Assembly (NCBI GenBank): GCA_963811165.1
Contig: CAWEQH010000001.1
Location: 544,001 to 608,000 of the forward strand
Length of the DNA stretch: 64,000 nt
Reading direction: 5' to 3'
Source of the DNA: an uncultured Nitrospiraceae bacterium
GTDB lineage: Bacteria; Nitrospirota; Thermodesulfovibrionia; Thermodesulfovibrionales; UBA6898
Shown: one piece after another, positions 1 through 9,939 of the stretch
Layout of the letters: each line of letters begins with the position of its first letter
Position numbering within the stretch: the first letter of the stretch is position 1
The notes under the pieces: generated by a model
What the model saw: the letters and a program-made list of their open reading frames with translations, nothing else
What the model was told of the DNA's origin: nothing
The model's database searches: none
Translations under genes and position numbers: made by a program

Positions 1-569
1 TGGGAGCGCCTGCTGTTGTAATGGACCGCCTTTGCAACCAGTTCCTTGCCCGTTCCGCTTTCGCCGGTGATAAGGACGGTTATGTCTTTCGGAGCTACTT
101 TCCCTATGTCCTTGAATACCTTCAATATCCCCGGACTCTTGCCTATCATGTGGGGGCTTTCTGTTTCGTATGCCGCCTTTTTGAGTTCCCGCAGTTCTTC
201 TCTTAGGGAAAGGTCCCTGAAGGCCTTTTCGATCACTATCTTAAGCTCTTCGATATCGAAAGGCTTCTCAAGGTAGTCGTACGCGCCTTCTTTCATGGCG
301 GTGATGGTGCTCTGCATCTGGGCGTGCGCAGTGATCATGATGACGACAGCGTCGGGATAAACAGAGCGTATCTCTCTCAGCCCGTCGAGTCCGTTGCCGT
401 CTGGCAGTATGAGATCGAGGAGGATGACCTGGTGCCCCTCCTGAATTGCCTTGAGACCCGACGAAAGCCTCGTCCGCGAGACAATACCGTGACCGAGCGG
501 TTCGAGGGCCTTCTTGATGACCCATGTGATGCTCTCGTCATCGTCTATGACTAGGATTTTTTTATCCAT
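1..569 (-). CDS. ntrC: sigma-54-dependent response regulator, NtrC family (5' part; runs off window start)
   Basis: Manual translation, not in the ORF track: MDKKILVIDDDESITWVIKKAL...ILLDLILPDGNG...EGAYDYLEKPFD...VLITGESGTGKELVAKAVH (receiver plus AAA+ Walker A). Start overlaps the stop of the kinase gene. Confidence 0.85.
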   Translation of the reverse strand, partial: MDKKILVIDDDESITWVIKKALEPLGHGIVSRTRLSSGLKAIQEGHQVILLDLILPDGNGLDGLREIRSVYPDAVVIMITAHAQMQSTITAMKEGAYDYLEKPFDIEELKIVIEKAFRDLSLREELRELKKAAYETESPHMIGKSPGILKVFKDIGKVAPKDITVLITGESGTGKELVAKAVHYNSRRS

Positions 570-1599
570 TGTGCCCAAACGGTATGTAAATAGAGAAGGA
601 CGTGCCTTCGCCTACCTGGCTTTTTACGGTGATAAGCCCTCCGTGATCTTTAATGATTTTCCGTGACAAAGCCAGGCCTATGCCGGTGCCGTGTTTCTTT
701 TTTGTATAAAAAGGAATAAAAATCTTCTGAAGATCCTTTTCCCGTATACCGCTCCCATTGTCCCTTATCGAAATCAAGGCCCACCGCTTTATGCGCCCTC
801 CCTCCCTGACGGATTCCTTAGAAGGGTAAGTAGAAACTTCCAGCTTGCCCCCCTTTTTCATGGACTCAAGTGCATTTTTTATAATATTCAAAAAGACCTG
901 GAGGAGCTTCGACTCATCTCCCTTTACTTGTGGAAGGCTTGGGTCATACAGCCTCTTGAGCGTTATCCCTGCGCCCTTTATGGGTACATCCATAATGGAA
1001 AGGGCCTTCTCCATAACCTCATGGATATTCACCTGGTTAAATGCGGGTTTTTTGCAGAGTGTCAGATAGTCGTGGAGAATGGAATTGAGTCTGTCCGTCT
1101 CCTTCACGATGAGATCGACATATTCGTTAATAGGCGCGTTTTTTGCCTTATTACGAAGCAACTGCGCAGCTCCCTTTATTCCACCGAGGGGGTTCTTGAT
1201 TTCATGGGCTATCGAGCCGATAAGGTAGACAAGGGAGTCAAAATCGTATTCTTCCCTTTCCGAGATATTGATATTTTGGGAGATTGACAAGACGGCACCA
1301 TCTATTTTTCCGTTCGAAAAAAAAGGCGAAAGATGGAAATCAATATTGATGAACTGCCCGATATCGAGTCCTACGGACTTGCCTTTGAATGAACGCCCCT
1401 CGCGTATCGTCTTTTTTATGAGGGTTGAGATGGCCTTTTCACTCTCGAATATCTCCGACAATTTTTTCAGCATTATTTCTTTGGAACTCTTCCTCAGTAG
1501 TTCTTCAGCGGTCTTGTTTAAATAGACGATTCTCAGCGTCTTGTCAAAAAGGATGACGGCCTCTTCGAGACTATTTATTATGGCATCGAGCGAGATCAT
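562..1599 (-). CDS. ntrB: PAS-domain sensor histidine kinase, NtrB-like
   Basis: N-terminal PAS, H-box AHEIKNPLGGIKGAAQLL, N-box QVFLNIIKNA, G-boxes DNGSGI and GTGIGL; coupled to the NtrC-type gene. Confidence 0.85.
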   Translation of the reverse strand: MISLDAIINSLEEAVILFDKTLRIVYLNKTAEELLRKSSKEIMLKKLSEIFESEKAISTLIKKTIREGRSFKGKSVGLDIGQFINIDFHLSPFFSNGKIDGAVLSISQNINISEREEYDFDSLVYLIGSIAHEIKNPLGGIKGAAQLLRNKAKNAPINEYVDLIVKETDRLNSILHDYLTLCKKPAFNQVNIHEVMEKALSIMDVPIKGAGITLKRLYDPSLPQVKGDESKLLQVFLNIIKNALESMKKGGKLEVSTYPSKESVREGGRIKRWALISIRDNGSGIREKDLQKIFIPFYTKKKHGTGIGLALSRKIIKDHGGLITVKSQVGEGTSFSIYIPFGHNG

Positions 1600-1810
1600 T
1601 GGCGATTATTTTAAGGGAAACGTTCGTTATTTGTTCGTTGGTCGATTATGCGACTACATACGCATAGAGCCGTGCTCCCGGTTTTTGATATGCTAAGACT
1701 TTAGCATACGGAGAATTCCCTTTGCAATCAGATATCCGCTGAGTTTTGCCGTAGGTACCGTGCGGGTAATTATTCTCTTTATAATCAACTATTTCTTCCG
1801 AAAGTTTACA

Positions 1811-1840
1811 TTGACACGTTCTTTATTAAACTGGTAATAT
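1811..1840 (+). promoter_or_regulatory. sigma70-type promoter of the rpsU operon
   Basis: TTGACA (1811-1816), 18 nt, TG-n-TAATAT (1835-1840), upstream of the GGAGG RBS. Confidence 0.6.
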
Positions 1841-1877
1841 TGGTGCATTAATTTAAACAGGGAGGAGTGATACATGG

Positions 1878-2075
1878 ATGCCCTCAATACGGGTACGGGA
1901 AAATGACTCGTTCGAAAACGCTCTTAAGAAGTTTAAGAAACAGTGCGAAAAAGAAGGAATTCTTTCTGAGGTAAAGAAAAGAGAGCATTACGACAAGCCC
2001 AGCGTGAAGAAGAAGAAAAAGGCTATCGCGGCACGGAAAAAGGCAATGAAGAGAGTCAAAATGTCGGTGAGGTAA
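1878..2075 (+). CDS. rpsU: 30S ribosomal protein S21
   Basis: [16 protein letters not shown]...[15 protein letters not shown]; 65 aa; first gene of the macromolecular synthesis operon. Confidence 0.98.
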   Translation: MPSIRVRENDSFENALKKFKKQCEKEGILSEVKKREHYDKPSVKKKKKAIAARKKAMKRVKMSVR

Positions 2076-2076
2076 A

Positions 2077-2532
2077 ATGACTTTACTGCAGAAGCTTGAT
2101 GGAGATTTGAAGACAGCATTAAGGGAGTCTGATAAACTTAAGCTTTCTGCAATACGGATGGTTAAGGCTGCGGCCAAGAATCTGCAGATTGAAAAGGGCC
2201 GCGATCTTTCAGACGAAGAGATCCAGTCGGTTATTTCAACGCTCGCAAAGCAAGGAAGGGAGTCGATCGAGCAATTTTCGAAAGGCGGCCGGGAAGACCT
2301 GGCCGATCAGGAGAGGCGCGAATTGGCGGTCCTTCAATCATACATGCCTGAGCAGCTTTCGTCCGCAGCGCTCGACAAGATTATCCTCCAGGCGATACAG
2401 GAGTCCTCAGCCGGGGGCGAAAAAGACATGGGGAAGGTCATGAAGATCCTGATGCCGCGCGTGCGGGGCGTTGCCGACGGGAAGATAGTGAATAACAGAG
2501 TCAAGGAACTTCTCCTGTCCCTCCGCAGATAA
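2077..2532 (+). CDS. yqeY: GatB/YqeY domain protein
   Basis: ESIEQFSKGGREDLA...ELAVLQSYMPEQLS...DMGKVMK...ADGK; typical position after rpsU. Confidence 0.95.
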   Translation: MTLLQKLDGDLKTALRESDKLKLSAIRMVKAAAKNLQIEKGRDLSDEEIQSVISTLAKQGRESIEQFSKGGREDLADQERRELAVLQSYMPEQLSSAALDKIILQAIQESSAGGEKDMGKVMKILMPRVRGVADGKIVNNRVKELLLSLRR

Positions 2533-2670
2533 TTACGAGCTGTTGAGAAAAATCTCCTGAAAGACTCTTGCCCTCTCATTACACAGCGGCGGTAAAGGGA
2601 AAGATCATCTCTAGACAATTTCTCCTGAGGTTCGTGGTAAAATAACTAAAGAATTTTCCGTGGGGAAGGC

Positions 2671-4350
2671 ATGAAGACTGACAGGCTTCTCGAAGATATA
2701 AAGGCAAAGAGCGATATAGTAGACTTCATATCCTCCTACGTGCAACTAAAAAAGTCGGGACAGAACTGGAAAGGCAACTGTCCCTTTCATTCTGAAAAAA
2801 CCCCCTCTTTTATGGTGAGCCCTTCTAAGCAGATATTCCATTGTTTCGGCTGCAGCGTCGGGGGAGATATTATCACCTTTGTCATGAAACATGAAAACAT
2901 TTCGTTCCAGGAAGCGATAAGTCTGCTCGCAAAGAAGGCGGGTGTGCCGTTGCCGACGGACGGGACGGACAAAAAAGCCTTCCGGAAATATGAGAAGTTG
3001 CGTGATGTACTCTCTGAGGCTGGTCGGTATTATGCGACGAAGCTGAAGGCATCATCGCCGGCGATGGCGTACTTAAAAAACAGAGGAATCGGCCTCGAGT
3101 CCGTAGATATCTTCGGTATCGGATACGCTCCCCAGGGATGGGACAACCTTCTCCGGCATTTGCGCGGAAGCGGCTGTAGCGACACTTTGATAAAAGAAGC
3201 AGGGCTTGCCGTACAGGGGAACAAGGGGCCCTATGATATGTTCAGACACAGGATCATCTTCCCTATAACGAGCATGAGCGGCGGCGTCCTCGCTTTCGGT
3301 GGGCGGGCACTTGACGATTCCGTGCCGAAGTATATCAACTCTCCGGAAACTGCGGTATTTAAGAAATCCGATACGCTTTTCGGCCTCTTTACCGCGAAGG
3401 ATGATATAAGAAAGGGTGGGGGAGTCATTATCGTCGAGGGCTACTTGGACGTCATTATTTGTCACCAGTATGGGTTTAAAAACGTCGTGGCCCCCCTCGG
3501 GACATCGCTTACGTCAGGCCATATCCAGAAACTAAGAACACTCGGCAGTAAGCCCGTGCTTGTGTTTGACGGAGACGCGGCGGGCAAGGCTGCCGCGCGC
3601 CGCGCGCTCGCCCTTGTATGCAAGAATAACTATACCGCGAAGGTCCTCCTACTCCCAGATGGTGAAGACCCAGACAGCTACCTGAGGAAGTATGGCGGGG
3701 AATCCTTCGGGAGACTTCTCAATGACACAAAGACGCTTGTTGATTTTCTTTTCAGCATTTCCCATGGAGAAAAGATAGATGTCGTGAGGGAGGCATTGAC
3801 GCTGATATCGGGGGTCAAGGACCTGCTCTCCGCTGGTGAAATGCTCGGGGAGCTTTCCGAAAGGGCGGGGATAAACGAATCGACAATAAGGGAGGAGTTC
3901 AAAAGGATAAAAGACGGGGGCGTCCGTGCAGTGCCGGGGATCCGTCGCGCGTTTCCTTCTGCGGGGAACGGCGAAGAGTACCTTCTTTTGAGCGCGGTAA
4001 TCGCCTTTCCTGAAAAATCCGACTATGTATTTTCGAGGCTTAATATGGACGATATCGAAGACAAGATTGTTGTCTCACTCTTCAGGAAGATCGCCTCGCT
4101 CGGAGAGATGCGGGACATTACGCAAGTCCTGGATATTGCGGATGAAGAAGAAAGAAAAATGATTACAAGGTTTTCGGTCGAACCGGGCTTTGATCCCGAA
4201 CATGTCGACAAGAGCATAGAGGGGTGCTTCAGGAGGATGGAAAAGAGGAAGCTAGATGAGAGACTACATCTTGCACAGACCTCCGGAGACCCGGTGCTCG
4301 CCAATTCTCTTTTGGTTGAAAAGAGGTCTTTAGAGGGTAAAGGATTATGA
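2671..4350 (+). CDS. dnaG: DNA primase
   Basis: CHC2 zinc finger [11 protein letters not shown]...[19 protein letters not shown] motifs VEGYLD, FDGDAAG, DPD. Confidence 0.98.
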   Translation: MKTDRLLEDIKAKSDIVDFISSYVQLKKSGQNWKGNCPFHSEKTPSFMVSPSKQIFHCFGCSVGGDIITFVMKHENISFQEAISLLAKKAGVPLPTDGTDKKAFRKYEKLRDVLSEAGRYYATKLKASSPAMAYLKNRGIGLESVDIFGIGYAPQGWDNLLRHLRGSGCSDTLIKEAGLAVQGNKGPYDMFRHRIIFPITSMSGGVLAFGGRALDDSVPKYINSPETAVFKKSDTLFGLFTAKDDIRKGGGVIIVEGYLDVIICHQYGFKNVVAPLGTSLTSGHIQKLRTLGSKPVLVFDGDAAGKAAARRALALVCKNNYTAKVLLLPDGEDPDSYLRKYGGESFGRLLNDTKTLVDFLFSISHGEKIDVVREALTLISGVKDLLSAGEMLGELSERAGINESTIREEFKRIKDGGVRAVPGIRRAFPSAGNGEEYLLLSAVIAFPEKSDYVFSRLNMDDIEDKIVVSLFRKIASLGEMRDITQVLDIADEEERKMITRFSVEPGFDPEHVDKSIEGCFRRMEKRKLDERLHLAQTSGDPVLANSLLVEKRSLEGKGL

Positions 4351-5927
4351 AAGAACAAGAGGACTATTTCGAAGATTATGAAGAAGACGGGCCTCAGATT
4401 AACGAATTTGAACCGGAATATGAGGAAGGAGTCGAAAAAGAAGAGGAGTCTAAACACAGGGAAACACTGTTTCTGGATGGCGACCAAGATCCAATAAGGA
4501 TTTACTTAAAGGAAATGGGCGGCGTGCCCTTGCTGACCAAAGAAGGCGAGATCGAGATTGCCAAGAGAATAGAGAGGGAAAAGGAAAAGGTCGCCAGAAT
4601 CATTTTTTCCCTTCCCTTCGTCTTAAGCAAGCTCATTACGCTTGGAGAAATGGTCGAAGTCGGTGAGGCTCCCCTCGAGGAGATCATATTAAACGGCGAA
4701 GATGAAGTAGAGGAAGACCTTATCATGGAGAGGAAAAAGTTTTCAGAGATCGCCTTGCTATTGAAACCGCTTCGCGACAGCCGGAAAACACTTCTCAAAA
4801 ATGTGAGAGATGCCGGAGGTGTCCTTCGGGAGAATGATGAAAAGGTCCTTGAGGACAATCTCGAACAGATCCTCGACCAAATAAGTCGACTGAATTTGAA
4901 GGACGATGTAATCCTGGCGTTTTCTGAGGAAATCAAAAAAGCAGTTCTAGATATCAATGATCTTTACATGAGGATGTCCTCTGCGCAAGAGAAGGCACAG
5001 TCTCGGGCCGGCGACATCAAAAAGATCCGGGAGGCTTCCGATGTGAGTGACAAAGACGCTGAGGAAGAAATTGCCGGTCTCCTTGCAGAAGCGTCGGCAT
5101 GCAGGCTGGAAATCGAAAAGAAAGAGAATTTTTTTGATATAAATAATGGTGAAATGGGAAAGACGGCGGCGATTTTAGAAGAAGGGGAGAAGGCTATTCG
5201 AGAGGCCAAGAACGCTTTGATAGAAGCAAACCTCAGACTTGTGATAAGTATAGTCAAGAAACACTTGGGCAGAGGACTCGGGTTTTCCGATTTGATTCAG
5301 GAAGGGAATGTCGGCCTGATGAAGGCCGTCGACAAGTTCGAATACCAGAGGGGATATAAGTTTAGCACGTATGCCACGTGGTGGATAAGGCAGGCGATTA
5401 CAAGGGCGATCGCGGAACAGTCAAGGACGATCAGGATCCCCGTGCACATGGTCGAGGCGGTCAATCGAATGATAAAGGCGATACAGGAACTTGTTCAGGA
5501 AAAGGGAAGGGAGCCCTCAACGGAGGAAATCGCAGAAAAGATGAAGATACCGGCTGACAAAGTAAGGGTCATGCTGAAGATTTCGAAGGAGCCCATTTCG
5601 TTGGAGACCCCGATTGGGGAGGATGAAGACAGTCACATCCGTGATTTTATTGAGGACAAATCGGTATTGTCTCCTCTGGATATCGCAATGCAAGGTGACA
5701 TGAAAAAGAATATCGACAAAGCGCTTTCTTCCCTGACCGCACGCGAACAGAGTATCATCAGGAAGAGGTTCGGTCTCGGTGAAGACACCCCCCATACCCT
5801 GGAGGAGGTCGGACTCGAATTTGATGTTACCCGCGAACGGGTGAGGCAGATTGAAGTGAAGGCAATCAGGAAATTGAGGCACCCGTCAAGAAGCAAATGG
5901 CTTAGGACCTTCATCGAGAGTCCTTGA
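4347..5927 (+). CDS. rpoD: RNA polymerase primary sigma factor
   Basis: Region 1.2 [11 protein letters not shown], region 2 [37 protein letters not shown], region 4 TLEEVG...TRERVRQIE; follows dnaG. Confidence 0.96.
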   Translation: MKEQEDYFEDYEEDGPQINEFEPEYEEGVEKEEESKHRETLFLDGDQDPIRIYLKEMGGVPLLTKEGEIEIAKRIEREKEKVARIIFSLPFVLSKLITLGEMVEVGEAPLEEIILNGEDEVEEDLIMERKKFSEIALLLKPLRDSRKTLLKNVRDAGGVLRENDEKVLEDNLEQILDQISRLNLKDDVILAFSEEIKKAVLDINDLYMRMSSAQEKAQSRAGDIKKIREASDVSDKDAEEEIAGLLAEASACRLEIEKKENFFDINNGEMGKTAAILEEGEKAIREAKNALIEANLRLVISIVKKHLGRGLGFSDLIQEGNVGLMKAVDKFEYQRGYKFSTYATWWIRQAITRAIAEQSRTIRIPVHMVEAVNRMIKAIQELVQEKGREPSTEEIAEKMKIPADKVRVMLKISKEPISLETPIGEDEDSHIRDFIEDKSVLSPLDIAMQGDMKKNIDKALSSLTAREQSIIRKRFGLGEDTPHTLEEVGLEFDVTRERVRQIEVKAIRKLRHPSRSKWLRTFIESP

Positions 5928-6022
5928 CTAAAAGAAGGCGTGGATTTATATTAATAGGCTACGGATATTTTCAGGGAAGGCGGTCAATAGTTCAGTCGTC
6001 TTTCCTTTGGTTTTGTTTTGCA

Positions 6023-6098
6023 GGGCCCATAGCTCAGCTGGTAGAGCTACCGGCTCATAACCGGTTGGTCCCAGGTTCGAGTCCTGGTGGGCCCACCA
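6023..6098 (+). tRNA. tRNA with CAT anticodon, probably tRNA-Ile2 (lysidine)
   Basis: 76-nt cloverleaf GGGCCCA...TGGGCCC-A-CCA, anticodon arm ACCGG-CTCATAA-CCGGT; lacks initiator features; position after rpoD is typical of Ile2. Confidence 0.9.
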
Positions 6099-6114
6099 TA
6101 TCCCTGGAGGACTG

Positions 6115-6837
6115 GTGAAAGATCTTATCAAACATCTTGTAAATCTGCAGGAAACAGACACACGCATTATCGAGAAACGTTTTTTCATTGGAAAGGTCCC
6201 TCTTCGAATTTTTGAGGTCGACGAGCCTTTCAAGCAGGCAAAGGCTGAACTCGAGAAGATGAAACAAAGGAGCGAGGCGCTGGCAAAGAAGAAACGTGAC
6301 AAGGAGCGGCTACTTGAAGAGACCAATGAAAAAATCAACAAAATGAAGACGAGGGTTTCAGACTTAAAGACGAATAAGGAATATCAGGCCCATCTGAAAG
6401 AGATAGAGGTTTTTCAAAAGGAGATCGAAGGGATAGAAGAAGAAATACTGGTCGTCATGGAAGAGCTCGATGTCGCGACGAAACAACAGAGGGGCAAGGA
6501 AGAAAATGTAAACAGGGAAGCGGAAAAGCTGGACGTCTTCAAAAAGGAGCTGGACGAAGAAGTCGGGGAGATAAAGAAGGAATTGTCCACACTAGAGGAA
6601 CAGAGGGCGAAGGTGATTGGATCAATTGAGCCCGATATTTACGACAAGTATATGATGCTTCTGAGAACAGGAAGCGGAGTTGCAGTAACGCAGGCGAAGG
6701 ATGAGCTCTGCACCGGCTGCAACATGAACATACCGCCTCAGCTGTATGTTGAGATCAAAAAAAACGAGCAAATCATTCAATGTCCCCAGTGCCTTCGGAT
6801 ACTCTACTCTCTCGAATCTGATGAAAATGGTGGTTGA
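6115..6837 (+). CDS. coiled-coil protein with C4 zinc ribbon (DUF164/CT398-like)
   Basis: Long coiled coil then CTGCNMNIPPQ...CPQCLRILY; commonly found before rnpB. Confidence 0.92.
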   Translation: MKDLIKHLVNLQETDTRIIEKRFFIGKVPLRIFEVDEPFKQAKAELEKMKQRSEALAKKKRDKERLLEETNEKINKMKTRVSDLKTNKEYQAHLKEIEVFQKEIEGIEEEILVVMEELDVATKQQRGKEENVNREAEKLDVFKKELDEEVGEIKKELSTLEEQRAKVIGSIEPDIYDKYMMLLRTGSGVAVTQAKDELCTGCNMNIPPQLYVEIKKNEQIIQCPQCLRILYSLESDENGG

Positions 6838-6884
6838 TAAGCCCTAATAGAATGTTATATAATAATTAAAATTTATTATAGACT

Positions 6885-7297
6885 GCCGAAGCAGAACAGA
6901 TGGTCGCCCGCCGGAAGGCGGGAGGAAAGTCCGAGCTCCAAAGGGCAAGGCGCTCTGTAACGCAGAGTCCCGGTGACGGGAAGGAAAGTGCCACAGAAAG
7001 GGAAACCGCCCTGTATGTCAGGGTAAGGGTGAAAAGGTGCCCGCCTCGGCGGGTCTGCCGGAATTGGGCAGAAGGTAAGAGCTCACCAGTGCCTCGGGTG
7101 ACCGGGACAGCTAGGAAAACCCCGCCTGGAGCAAGGTCAAATAGGTTCCGCTTTGAGAGGGGCCCCTTCAAATCCCTTACGTTTCAGGGTGGCGGAACGG
7201 GTAAGGCCGCTAGACCCCGGCAATATGTGCGGGGCTAAGATGAATGACCATGACCCGGTCAACGGGAGACAGAACTCGGCTTATGGGCTGCTTCGGC
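6885..7297 (+). ncRNA. rnpB: RNase P RNA, bacterial type A
   Basis: GAGGAAAGTCCGAGCTC, GGAAAGTGCCACAGAAA, GGAGCAAGG, ACAGAACTCGGCTTAT; terminal P1 GCCGAAGCAG/CTGCTTCGGC. Confidence 0.97.
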
Positions 7298-7336
7298 AAT
7301 ATAACAGGACCCTTGAAGGGTCTTTGAGAAGGCGGT

Positions 7337-8245
7337 ATGGACGACCATAAATTAAAAGTTTTTTGCACTGTGGCGGAGACAAAAAGTTTTTCCAAGACTT
7401 CGGAGATCATTCACTTGACCCAGCCGGCAGTCAGCCTTCAAATACAGGCGCTCGAAGAAGTCTACGAAACAAAGCTTTTTGACAGGTCAAGCAGTACTGT
7501 TACCTTGACGCCAGCCGGCGAAATCCTCTACCGATATGCCAAGGAAATCCTGAGCCTCTATTCGAATGCGGAAAAGGACATAGGAGAGCTTATCGGCCTT
7601 GTAAAGGGCAGCATCAGCATCGGCGCAAGTTCGACAATAGGTAATTATCTCTTGCCCGGCGTCATTACCGATTTCAAAAGGGCTCATCTGAAGATCAAGG
7701 TCCATCTCCTCGTTGGCAATACGAAGAGGGTGGTAGAGCTTCTTAACTCAGGGAATATCGACCTGGGCCTTGTCGAAGGTGATGTCACCAGGCAGAAGAT
7801 GGTCGTTGAAAAACTTATACCGGACGAACTCCTGCTCGTGGTCCCTTCCTACCACCCCTGGGCAAAGAAAAAAGATATTTCAATAGGGGAACTTACGAAG
7901 GAACCTTTTATTTTCAGAGAAGGAGGATCAGGCACACGGCAGATGATAGAGAAGTTTCTCGCCAAGCATGGAATAACGCCGCAGGACATGAAGATATCTA
8001 TGGTCCTCGGGAGTACCGAAGCGATAAAGGAGGCTGTTGAAAACGGTCTCGGTGTGTCCATTCTCTCCCGGTGGGCAGCGCGTAAGGAGATCAAATACGG
8101 AAGCCTTCACCTCATTAGGATCAAAGAGGAAAAAGTGCTGAGGGAGTTTTCACTGATAATCAATAAGAATTCTGTCTCGTCGCATGCGGTCGACGAGTTT
8201 CTGACCTATCTAAAATCCTATCCCTTTGAAAAGCTTCTAAACTGA
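7337..8245 (+). CDS. LysR family transcriptional regulator (CysL-like)
   Basis: N-terminal HTH SFSKTSEIIHLTQPAVSLQIQALE; substrate domain with REGGSGTR. Confidence 0.93.
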   Translation: MDDHKLKVFCTVAETKSFSKTSEIIHLTQPAVSLQIQALEEVYETKLFDRSSSTVTLTPAGEILYRYAKEILSLYSNAEKDIGELIGLVKGSISIGASSTIGNYLLPGVITDFKRAHLKIKVHLLVGNTKRVVELLNSGNIDLGLVEGDVTRQKMVVEKLIPDELLLVVPSYHPWAKKKDISIGELTKEPFIFREGGSGTRQMIEKFLAKHGITPQDMKISMVLGSTEAIKEAVENGLGVSILSRWAARKEIKYGSLHLIRIKEEKVLREFSLIINKNSVSSHAVDEFLTYLKSYPFEKLLN

Positions 8246-9877
8246 TCAATCCGCTTCCCGTTTTGCATATATCCTGAAGTCCGCGTCCTTGAAGATGTTG
8301 TTCTTTTGTTCCAGACGCAAAAGGTTAGCTTTGTCTATGTTGCCGGAGGAGATATCCCTATGCAAGTCCAGGAAGTTTTTCATGTGTTCCCGAAACTTGT
8401 GTTCCGCAAAGGCTGCGGCGTTGTCCGTCTTCATCATGAACGGCCAGTCGCTTGACTGCGCCAGAAGGAGTTCCCGCAAAGCCTGATTGAGCGCTCTTCT
8501 GAGAAGTCCCCGCGCATGTATATTCCTGAGGGAAGCGCCGGCGAGAAGTTTTGCGGCCCTGTGCAGGTGTTTATATATCCAGTGGTTGGAGGAATGTATC
8601 CACGTTGAACCGTATCCCTTGTCTCCCCAACTCGATGCAGAGGGCATGACCGATTGAATTTCGCCGTGCCCCGAAATGTATTCCGAGGGCGTAGTAAACC
8701 GAAATGAATTTTTTTTGTGATGACCACCTTTGAGAAATGACCTGAGCCATTCCGGTCCTTCAAACCACCAGTGGCCGAAAAGTTCGGCGTCGTAAGCCGC
8801 GGTGATGACAGGAGGTATCTTTAGATGTTCACCGAGAAACCTTACCTGTTTATTCTTTTCGGAAACAAAGTGATCCGCGTGGATCCTTGCCTTCTTAAGC
8901 GCACGTTTCGGGACATAGGGCTGCTTCCCGCCCGCACTGCCCGTGATACGGTAATACTTGAAGCCGGTAAAGGTCCGGACACCTGCGGGGAGGTAGGGCT
9001 TGAGGTATTCGTCGTCAAGATCGAAGCCTATATCCCGGTAAAAATCTCTGTAGTCGCAATCCCCAGGGTAACCCCCGATTGAGCTCCAGACTTGCCGGGA
9101 AGACTCCACGTCACGCGAAAAGGCGACAACCCCTGCCGGGGTTCTCACAGGCGCATAAATACTGTGTGTGCTTGCAGGGGTACTGTTGAGTATCCCGTGA
9201 CTTTCGAGGAAGAAGTACTTTATTTTAGTCTTTCCCAATATTTCATCGAGGGCCGGGACAAAACCGCATTCGGGGAGCCAGAGGCCCTCCGGTTTTTTCC
9301 GGAATGTCTTATAGTGATGGTCGACCCCAAGCCGTATCTGTGCCTCAGCCGCGAGGGGCATTGTGATTAAGGCGGGCAAGAATGCGTGAGTGGCGGCGCT
9401 TGTAATCAGCTCAACTTTGCCAGAACTCGCTAACGCCCCGAATGCCGAGATCAGGTCTTTCTTGTATACTTCTTGGAAGAGGTACCGTATTCGGGTGAAC
9501 CGGCGCTGGTACATCCTTGAGAGGGGCTTGATGGCCGAGCGACCACGGTTTCTAAAGACTTCCTTTTCAGCAAGGTCTATAAGGTTGTCAAGATATTGTT
9601 CGTATCTTGCCATTAACAGTGCGTCGCGGATCATCTCTGTCAGCGTGGGGGTAAGGGAAAGAGTTATTCTGAAATCGACGTTGTCGGACAATAAGTCCCC
9701 CAACATCTCGATCAAGGGTATATAGGTCTCCGTGATAGCTTCGTAGAGCCATCTTTCTTCCAGGTGACGAGTGTGTTCAGGATAGCGGATATAAGGCAGG
9801 TGAGCGTGCAGCACGAGCAAGAGATAGCCTGAGGGTCCTGGTGAAGGCGAAATTCGCATGATGAAGAAATGATACAC
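8246..9877 (-). CDS. GH57 family 1,4-alpha-glucan branching enzyme (DUF1957)
   Basis: LVLHAHLPY, ETYIPL, GLWLPEC, YDAELFGHWWFEG, LLAQSSDWPF; true start may be ATG 9859. Confidence 0.92.
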   Translation of the reverse strand: MYHFFIMRISPSPGPSGYLLLVLHAHLPYIRYPEHTRHLEERWLYEAITETYIPLIEMLGDLLSDNVDFRITLSLTPTLTEMIRDALLMARYEQYLDNLIDLAEKEVFRNRGRSAIKPLSRMYQRRFTRIRYLFQEVYKKDLISAFGALASSGKVELITSAATHAFLPALITMPLAAEAQIRLGVDHHYKTFRKKPEGLWLPECGFVPALDEILGKTKIKYFFLESHGILNSTPASTHSIYAPVRTPAGVVAFSRDVESSRQVWSSIGGYPGDCDYRDFYRDIGFDLDDEYLKPYLPAGVRTFTGFKYYRITGSAGGKQPYVPKRALKKARIHADHFVSEKNKQVRFLGEHLKIPPVITAAYDAELFGHWWFEGPEWLRSFLKGGHHKKNSFRFTTPSEYISGHGEIQSVMPSASSWGDKGYGSTWIHSSNHWIYKHLHRAAKLLAGASLRNIHARGLLRRALNQALRELLLAQSSDWPFMMKTDNAAAFAEHKFREHMKNFLDLHRDISSGNIDKANLLRLEQKNNIFKDADFRIYAKREAD

Positions 9878-9939
9878 GATACGCAGGGAGAGGGCAAGAT
9901 GGGTATTGGGTCAGTGTTTAGGCTGACCCAATACCACAA

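Noticed and set aside
1621..1670. Weak heptamer-like repeat upstream of ntrB
   Set aside because: Too degenerate to distinguish from chance.
6023..6115. tRNA as an integration site
   Set aside because: No integrase and no duplicated tRNA 3' end seen; the downstream gene is core.
5924..6341. Short ORFs over the tRNA and antisense to the zinc-ribbon gene
   Set aside because: Explained by the tRNA and the real plus-strand CDS.
6866..7410. ORFs overlapping 6885-7297
   Set aside because: The region is RNase P RNA.
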